This document shows, piece by piece, positions 36,701-45,700 of a DNA stretch of 64,000 nucleotides. Every line of letters begins with the position of its first letter. Position 1 is the first letter of the stretch. Made by a program: the position numbers and the translations under genes. This stretch comes from Nitrospirales bacterium (GTDB taxonomy: Bacteria > Nitrospirota > Nitrospiria > Nitrospirales > UBA8639). Location of the stretch: the NCBI GenBank assembly GCA_965223185.1, contig OZ244988.1, positions 2,500,613 through 2,564,612 on the forward strand, written 5' to 3'. Below the pieces are notes generated by a model that was given only the letters and a program-made list of their open reading frames with translations, was not told where the DNA came from and searched no databases.

Positions 36701-39700
36701 CTAGGTGCGCGGCAAGATTTAGACGCCAATCGGTATTTTGGCGGTTCTCTCGACAGCGTCCAACTCTTCAACCGGGCCCTCAGTGAGTCGGAAGTCGAAG
36801 ATACACACACCGGCGGCAATTCCTTAGGGACGGTCAATGTCACCGTCACCACGGATAGCGCGCCGGTGAATTCCGTACCAGGCAGCCAAACCACCAACGA
36901 AGACACGACGCTCACGTTTAATACTGCGAACAGCAATCTCATCTCTATCACCGATGATGCCGGCGATACCTTAGTGGTCACCTTGTCGGTCAATAACGGG
37001 ACTGCCACACTCTCCGGCACGAGCGGGTTGACGTTTACTACCGGAGACGGGACCGCAGATGCCACCATGACCTTCTCGGGTACGGTGGAAGATATCAATA
37101 CCGCGTTGGACGGTCTTCAATACGATCCCACTACGGACTACTCAGGCAGCGATACGCTCACTCTCACAAGTTACGATCAAATTCTCTACTCCTTAGACTT
37201 TGATGCCAATCTGCAAGGGTACTATCAATTTGACAGCGGCGATCCCGGCAACGACAGCAGTCCCGGCGGGACCTTGGACGGCACGCTTAATGGAGATGCG
37301 GCTGTCATTACAGATGGAACGCGAGGAGATGTGCTGTCTCTCGATGGGACCGGTGACTATGTGGAGATTGCAGGAACTTTATCAAATCCCACCAACGTCA
37401 CGTTGTCAGCCTGGGTGAAATACTCCTCCGCGCCCGCCAACGGGGGTGAAGTGATCTCCATCGGCAACGATATCGCGTTACGAGTCGATGATTGGACTCA
37501 GGGGGTGACAGGATTTTTCTATGATGGAACTACTCATCAATTTATCGGCAGTAGTGTCAGTTTGGCCGATAATAATTGGCATCACATCGCCTTCACCTTT
37601 GATGATGGGGCGAATACTCAAAGTCTCTACATTGATGGGACTTTAGTTGCTTCAGGCAACTTTACCTCTTCCATCACCTATACCGGCTGGTTTCCCCAGA
37701 CGACGATCGGAACCCACGCGGATTTGGGCGACTCGAGTTTTGACTTCAGTGGGTTGATCGATGATGCCCGAATTTACGATCGGGCCTTGTCGGCCAGCGA
37801 AATCCAGGGGATGGCGTCGGCCCCGGTGACGGCTAGCGACACCGATACGGTGGCTCTGACTGTGACTTCGGTGAATGATGATCCGGTCATCTCCAGCGAT
37901 GGCGGAGGAGCCACGGCGAATATCAATGTGGCTGAAAACACGACGGCAGTTACTACCGTTACTTCCACGGATGTGGATGGCGGCACGGCGATCTATTCCA
38001 TTAGCGGTGGGCTTGATGCGGCGAAATTCAGCATTAATAGTTCAACCGGGGAACTGGTCTTCCAGGCCGCGCCGGACTATGAAACCCCGACCGATTCCAA
38101 TGGCGACAATGTCTATGAAGTTATCGTTCTGGTCTCGGATGGCAACGGCGGGACGGATACGCAGACCATCAATGTGACGGTTACGGATGTAGCCAATACG
38201 CTGACGGTCACGACGACAGCCGATAACAACGACAGCGGCATCGTCGCTGGCGATGGCAACTATGACATCGAATGGTTGAATGCCAATTTGGGGGCAGACT
38301 CCTCCATCTCCTTGCGTGAAGCGATTATCGCGGCCAATAACACCACCGGCACCGATACGATTTCCTTCAACATCTCCGATCCATTGGTGAGCGGGGCGCA
38401 CACCATCGACGTCCTTTCGGCCTTGCCCGATATTACCGACTCGATCATCATCGACGGGACGACAGAACCGGATTTTGCCGGCACACCCATCATTGAATTA
38501 GATGGATCGAGTGCCGGGGCCGGGGTTGATGGGCTGCGTCTGATTTCCGGCAGTGACGGCAGTACCATTCGTGGCTTAGTCATCAATCAATTTAGTTCGC
38601 AGGGGATTGAAATTAATAATTCCGATGGGAATACCATTGCCGGCAATTATATTGGAACGGATGTGACGGGAACGGTGGATTTGGGAAATGGCAGTGCGGG
38701 GATTTATCTTTTCAGCGCGCAGAACAATACCATTGGTGGCACAACCGCCGCCGATCGAAACCTGATTTCCGGCAATCAAGGGAGTGGAATTTTGCGGCAA
38801 GGCTCCAATGGGGGCAACCTTATTCAAGGCAATTACATCGGAACAGATGTCACGGGAACGCTCGATCTTGGCAATACGCAAAATGGGATTGCCTTCGCGG
38901 GATCTGGAGCGGATACCATTGGAGGGTCGGTGGCAGGAGCTGGCAATGTGATTTCGGGCAACAATATGTCTGGTATCTCCATCGGCGTAGGGGCGGATGG
39001 TGTCACGATTCAAGGCAATATTATTGGGTTAAATGCCGCTGGGACTGGGATAATTGCCAATACAGGAGATGGGATCGCGCTAAGCAGTGACAATAATCAA
39101 GTTGGGGGCACGACGGCTGCGGCCCGCAATATTATTTCCGGTAATACCAGCGATGGGATTGCCTTAGACGGAGATAATAATATTGTTCAAGGCAATTATA
39201 TTGGAACAGACATCACGGGCACGGTGGATCTCGGAAATACGGATGATGGAATTGATATTTCCGGTGCCACGAATACGATTGGTGGAACGACTGCTGGGGC
39301 GCGAAACATTATTTCTGGGAATGACCAGGATGGGATTGAAATCGGTAATGCGACGGCAACCGGCAATATTGTGCAAGGGAACTATATTGGAACCGATGTC
39401 ACAGGGACCCTGGATTTGGGCAATAGTGATGATGGCATCCAAATTTTTAACGGCGCCACGTTTAATACCATTGGTGGTACGACGGCGAGTGCCAGAAATG
39501 TCATTTCTGGAAATGATGGTCGTGGCATAGATATTTTTGACGCTGCTACGACGAATAACTCGATCCTCGGCAATTATATTGGGTTAAATGCTGCAGGGAC
39601 GGCAGATTTAGGGAATACTTTAGAAGGGATCCAAATTGATACCAATGCGGCGGGAAATACCATTGGGGGAGCCGTGGCAGGAGCCGGGAATGTGATTTCT

Positions 39701-42700
39701 GGCAATGATGCCGGTGGGATCATCATTGGAACTGGTGCTGATAATACCACGATCCAAGGTAATACGATTGGCCTGAATGCGGCGGGAACCGGTATCGTCG
39801 CCAATACAGGTCATGGCATCACGATTAATGCGAACAATACGCAAATTGGAGGCACCACGGCGCTCGCGCGAAATGTCATTTCAGGTAACTCCCAAGATGG
39901 TATTTATGTGTCGAGTGCCTCTGGGACGACGATTGAAGGCAATTATATTGGGACAGATGTGACCGGAACCGTCGATTTGGGAAACAGTCGGTATGGGATC
40001 TATTTGTTGAGTGCCACGAACACGATCATTGGGGGCTCAGTCGTTGGGGCGCGGAATGTGATTGCGGGAAATACCAATTCTGGAATTCGTGATCAAAGCT
40101 CTTCAGGCACCACGATACAAGGGAATTACATAGGCGTGGACTCAACTGGGACGACGGCGATGGGTAATTCCCAGGGCATTCAAGTCTGGAGTTCCACCAA
40201 TGGCACGATTGGGGGTTCAGGAGCCAATGAAGGTAATGTCATTGGTGGAAATACCAATCAAGGAATTCTGTTTTACGGATCTTCAGGGTATACGGCGCAG
40301 GGGAACTATATTGGGACGGATGCGACAGGAACCGTAGATTTGGGGAATGGTGGTCATGGAATCGTGTTCTCTAGTACGGCCTCAAATTTTGTGATTGGTG
40401 GAACAAGTGCCGGAGAAGGTAATGTTATTGCCTTTAATGCTCTTGATGGGATTAGTGCCCCGAGTACAGCAAGCGATATTTCAATACTGGGCAATCAAAT
40501 CTATTCTAATACCGGCCTCGGGATTGACTTGGTTGGGGGCACAGAAGATGGAGCAGGTGTCACTGCTAATGATGCTGGGGATGCTGATACGGGTGCGAAT
40601 GGGCTTCAGAACTATCCGGTCCTAACTGCAGTTAATACGACAGGAAGTTCAGTCAGTATTACCGGGTCGTTGAATAGCACGGCTAGCACGACCTTCCGTA
40701 TCGAGTTTTATGCGAGTGCTGCAGCCGATGGGTCGGGATACGGGGAAGCCGAACGGTATTTAGGCTATGCCACGGTGACAACGGATGGGAGCGGCAATTG
40801 CACGATGAATCTCACGGAATCCTGGGCGGTGGCCTCCGGGGAATATGTCACGGCGACTGCCACCGTGATAACCGATGCTGGACAAGTCGGTGTCGATGAT
40901 GCGCTGGCCTATGGTAATACCTCCGAGTTCTCGCAAAATGTGGTGGCCAATACCGGACCGGTGAATACCGTGCCGGGGGCTCAAGTGGTCAATGAAGATA
41001 CAGTGTTGGCCATCAGTGGCATTTCTGTCGCCGATTCCAATAGCAATCTTTCAACAGTCCAATTATCGGTCACCAATGGCGCGTTGACGGTCACATTGAG
41101 TGGTGGAGCCACCATCAGTGCTGGGACCAATGGAACAAGTACCCTCACCATTTCAGGAACACAAGCAGATATTAATGCCACCTTAGCCAGTCTGACCTAC
41201 CAAGGGGATCTCAATTTCAATGGCAGTGACACGCTCACGATTCTGAGTACGGATGCAGGTGCTTTAACGGATACGGACACCGTTGACATCACCGTGAACG
41301 CAGTGAATGATGCGCCGGTGAACACGGTGCCGGGGGCGCAAGTGGTTCTCGAGGATACGGCATTGAACATCACCGGTATTTCCGTGAATGACGTGGATGG
41401 CAACCTGTCCACGGTCCAACTCTCTGTCACGAACGGGACGCTGAATGTAACGTTGAGTGGTGCGGCCACGATTAGTGCAGGGGCTAACGGGACGAACACC
41501 TTGACCTTGAGTGGCTCCCAAGCCGACATCAACGCGACCTTGGCGAGCCTGACTTACCAGGGTACCCTCAATTATGTGGGAAGCGATACCCTGACCGTGC
41601 TTTCGACTGACACGAATTCCGCGACCGATTCTGACACCGTTTCCATTACAGTCAATCAAGACAATGATGCGCCAGTTGTTACGGCTAGTGGTGGTGCCAC
41701 CAGTTATACGGAACAAGCGACCGCCACGGTAATTGATAACGCTCTCACGCTCGTTGACCCCGATGGCTTTGATGGGACAGACCCCTCCGATCAGTATGTG
41801 GGTGTGGTTCAAATCACAGGAAATTATGAGGCAGCAGATATCCTAGGTTTTACCAACACCTCAAAGATTCAGGGAAATCTATCCGGTGATACCTTGACTC
41901 TCACGGTTATTGGAGGGCAGACGGCGACGGTCGCGGAGTTTGAGGCGGCTTTGCGCACAGTGACCTTCTATAGTGGTAGTGATACACCCAGCGAGTTGGA
42001 TCGAACCATCACTTTTAGTTTTGATGACGGCGTGGATAGCTCCAACTCCTCTACGAAGACGGTGCAAGTGACGGCTGTCAATGATCAGGCCATCGCGGAT
42101 CTTAATGGGGCGGATGGGGGAGGCAATAATTTTTCCACGACCTTTATGGAAGGATCCGGTGCCCTCAATGTTACTGATACGGATGCCACCCTGAGCGATG
42201 TCGATCACTCCACGTACGATTCCCTCGGGATCAATTTGTCCGGCTTTGTTGATGGGACCAATGAAAAGATCACCATCGCTGGCTATACCTTCACCTTTGG
42301 CACTGCAGAAACTGTTGTCCGAACGGTCGGGGCCACGGATTTTGAGATCGACTTTGATGGGAGTGGCTTTTCTATACAAAAAAATATCAGTGGCGAAATG
42401 CCGGAGGCAGACCTGCAAACGCTTCTTCGTGGCATCACGTACGAAAATATTTCAGAAAACCCGACTATTGGGAACCGTACCATCGATTTTATTCCCCAAG
42501 ATGGTGATGCCTTGGTCGGACAGACCTCTACCAGCACCATCACGGTAGCCGCTACCAATGATGCTCCTGTCATTACAAATCTAGGTGGCGATGCACTCGC
42601 CTACACGGAAGGGGACGGCGCGCAAGTCGAGCAAAGTGCGGATGCCGCCGTCAGTGATGTCGATTCCACGAATTTTGACACGGGGACCCTAACAGTATCC

Positions 42701-45700
42701 TTCCAAGCGGGAAGTGATTCCGCCGAAGATATCTTGAGTCTTCGTAACCAGGGCACGGGCACTGGCCAGATTGGGGTTTCCGGTTCGACCGTCACGTATC
42801 AAGGCGTCACGATTGGGACCTTTACTGGTGGCACAGGCGGCACCGATTTGGTCATTACGTTCAATGCTAGTGCTGATGCGACAGCCGTTAGCGCCCTAAT
42901 CCAAAATATCACCTATGAGAATACCGACACGGACAACCCAACGACAGGCGCCCGAATGGTGCGCTATGTATTGACCGATGGTGATGGCGGCACCAGTGCC
43001 AACTACGACACCACCATCACGGTGAGCAACGTGAACGACGCGCCGGTGAACACGGTGCCGGGGGCGCAAGCCGCGACCGAGGATACGCCCTTGGCCATCA
43101 GCGGCGTGAGTGTCAGTGACGTCGATGACAACCTGAGCACGGTGCAACTGGCGGTGACCAACGGGACGGTGAATGTGACCTTGAGTGGCGGGGCCACCAT
43201 CAGTGCGGGGGCCAACGGCAGCAATACCCTGACGCTCTCCGGCAGCCAAGCCGACATCAACGCCACGTTAGCCAGCTTGAGCTACCAAGGGACCTTGAAC
43301 TATACGGGCAGCGACACGCTGACCATCACGAGCACGGATGCCAATAGTGCCACGGATGTGGATACGGTGGCCATCACGGTGAGCAACGTGAACGACGCGC
43401 CGGTGAACACGGTGCCGGGGGCGCAAGCCGCGACCGAGGATACGCCCTTGGCCATCAGCGGCGTGAGTGTCAGTGACGTCGATGACAACCTGAGCACGGT
43501 GCAACTGGCGGTGACCAACGGGACGGTGAATGTGACCTTGAGTGGCGGGGCCACCATCAGTGCGGGGGCCAACGGCAGCAATACCCTGACGCTCTCCGGC
43601 AGCCAAGCCGACATCAACGCCACGTTAGCCAGCTTGAGCTACCAAGGGACCTTGAACTATACGGGCAGCGACACGCTGACCATCACGAGCACGGATGCCA
43701 ATAGTGCCACGGATGTGGATACGGTGGCCATCACGGTGAGCAACGTGAACGACGCGCCGGTGAACACGGTGCCGGGGGCGCAAGCCGCGACCGAGGATAC
43801 GCCCTTGGCCATCAGCGGCGTGAGTGTCAGTGACGTCGATGACAACCTGAGCACGGTGCAACTGGCGGTGACCAACGGGACGGTGAATGTGACCTTGAGT
43901 GGCGGGGCCACCATCAGTGCGGGGGCCAACGGCAGCAATACCCTGACGCTCTCCGGCAGCCAAGCCGACATCAACGCCACGTTAGCCAGCTTGAGCTACC
44001 AAGGGACCTTGAACTATACGGGCAGCGACACGCTGACCATCACGAGCACGGATGCCAATAGTGCCACGGATGTGGATACGGTGGCCATCACGGTGAGCAA
44101 CGTGAACGACGCGCCGGTGAACACGGTGCCGGGGGCGCAAGCCGCGACCGAGGATACGCCCTTGGCCATCAGCGGCGTGAGTGTCAGTGACGTCGATGAC
44201 AACCTGAGCACGGTGCAACTGGCGGTGACCAACGGGACGGTGAATGTGACCTTGAGTGGCGGGGCCACCATCAGTGCGGGGGCCAACGGCAGCAATACCC
44301 TGACGCTCTCCGGCAGCCAAGCCGACATCAACGCCACGTTAGCCAGCTTGAGCTACCAAGGGACCTTGAACTATACGGGCAGCGACACGCTGACCATCAC
44401 GAGCACGGATGCCAATAGTGCCACGGATGTGGATACGGTGGCCATCACGGTGAGCAACGTGAACGACGCGCCGGTGAACACGGTGCCGGGGGCGCAAGCC
44501 GCGACCGAGGATACGCCCTTGGCCATCAGCGGCGTGAGTGTCAGTGACGTCGATGACAACCTGAGCACGGTGCAACTGGCGGTGACCAACGGGACGGTGA
44601 ATGTGACCTTGAGTGGCGGGGCCACCATCAGTGCGGGGGCCAACGGCAGCAATACCCTGACGCTCTCCGGCAGCCAAGCCGACATCAACGCCACGTTAGC
44701 CAGCTTGAGCTACCAAGGGACCTTGAACTATACGGGCAGCGACACGCTGACCATCACGAGCACGGATGCCAATAGTGCCACGGATGTGGATACGGTGGCC
44801 ATCACGGTGAGCAACGTGAACGACGCGCCGGTGAACACGGTGCCGGGGGCGCAAGCCGCGACCGAGGATACGCCCTTGGCCATCAGCGGCGTGAGTGTCA
44901 GTGACGTCGATGACAACCTGAGCACGGTGCAACTGGCGGTGACCAACGGGACGGTGAATGTGACCTTGAGTGGCGGGGCCACCATCAGTGCGGGGGCCAA
45001 CGGCAGCAATACCCTGACGCTCTCCGGCAGCCAAGCCGACATCAACGCCACGTTAGCCAGCTTGAGCTACCAAGGGACCTTGAACTATACGGGCAGCGAC
45101 ACGCTGACCATCACGAGCACGGATGCCAATAGTGCCACGGATGTGGATACGGTGGCCATCACGGTGAGCAACGTGAACGACGCGCCGGTGAACACGGTGC
45201 CGGGGGCGCAAGCCGCGACCGAGGATACGCCCTTGGCCATCAGCGGCGTGAGTGTCAGTGACGTCGATGACAACCTGAGCACGGTGCAACTGGCGGTGAC
45301 CAACGGGACGGTGAATGTGACCTTGAGTGGCGGGGCCACCATCAGTGCGGGGGCCAACGGCAGCAATACCCTGACGCTCTCCGGCAGCCAAGCCGACATC
45401 AACGCCACGTTAGCCAGCTTGAGCTACCAAGGGACCTTGAACTATACGGGCAGCGACACGCTGACCATCACGAGCACGGATGCCAATAGTGCCACGGATG
45501 TGGATACGGTGGCCATCACGGTGAGCAACGTGAACGACGCGCCGGTGAACACGGTGCCGGGGGCGCAAGCCGCGACCGAGGATACGCCCTTGGCCATCAG
45601 CGGCGTGAGTGTCAGTGACGTCGATGACAACCTGAGCACGGTGCAACTGGCGGTGACCAACGGGACGGTGAATGTGACCTTGAGTGGCGGGGCCACCATC

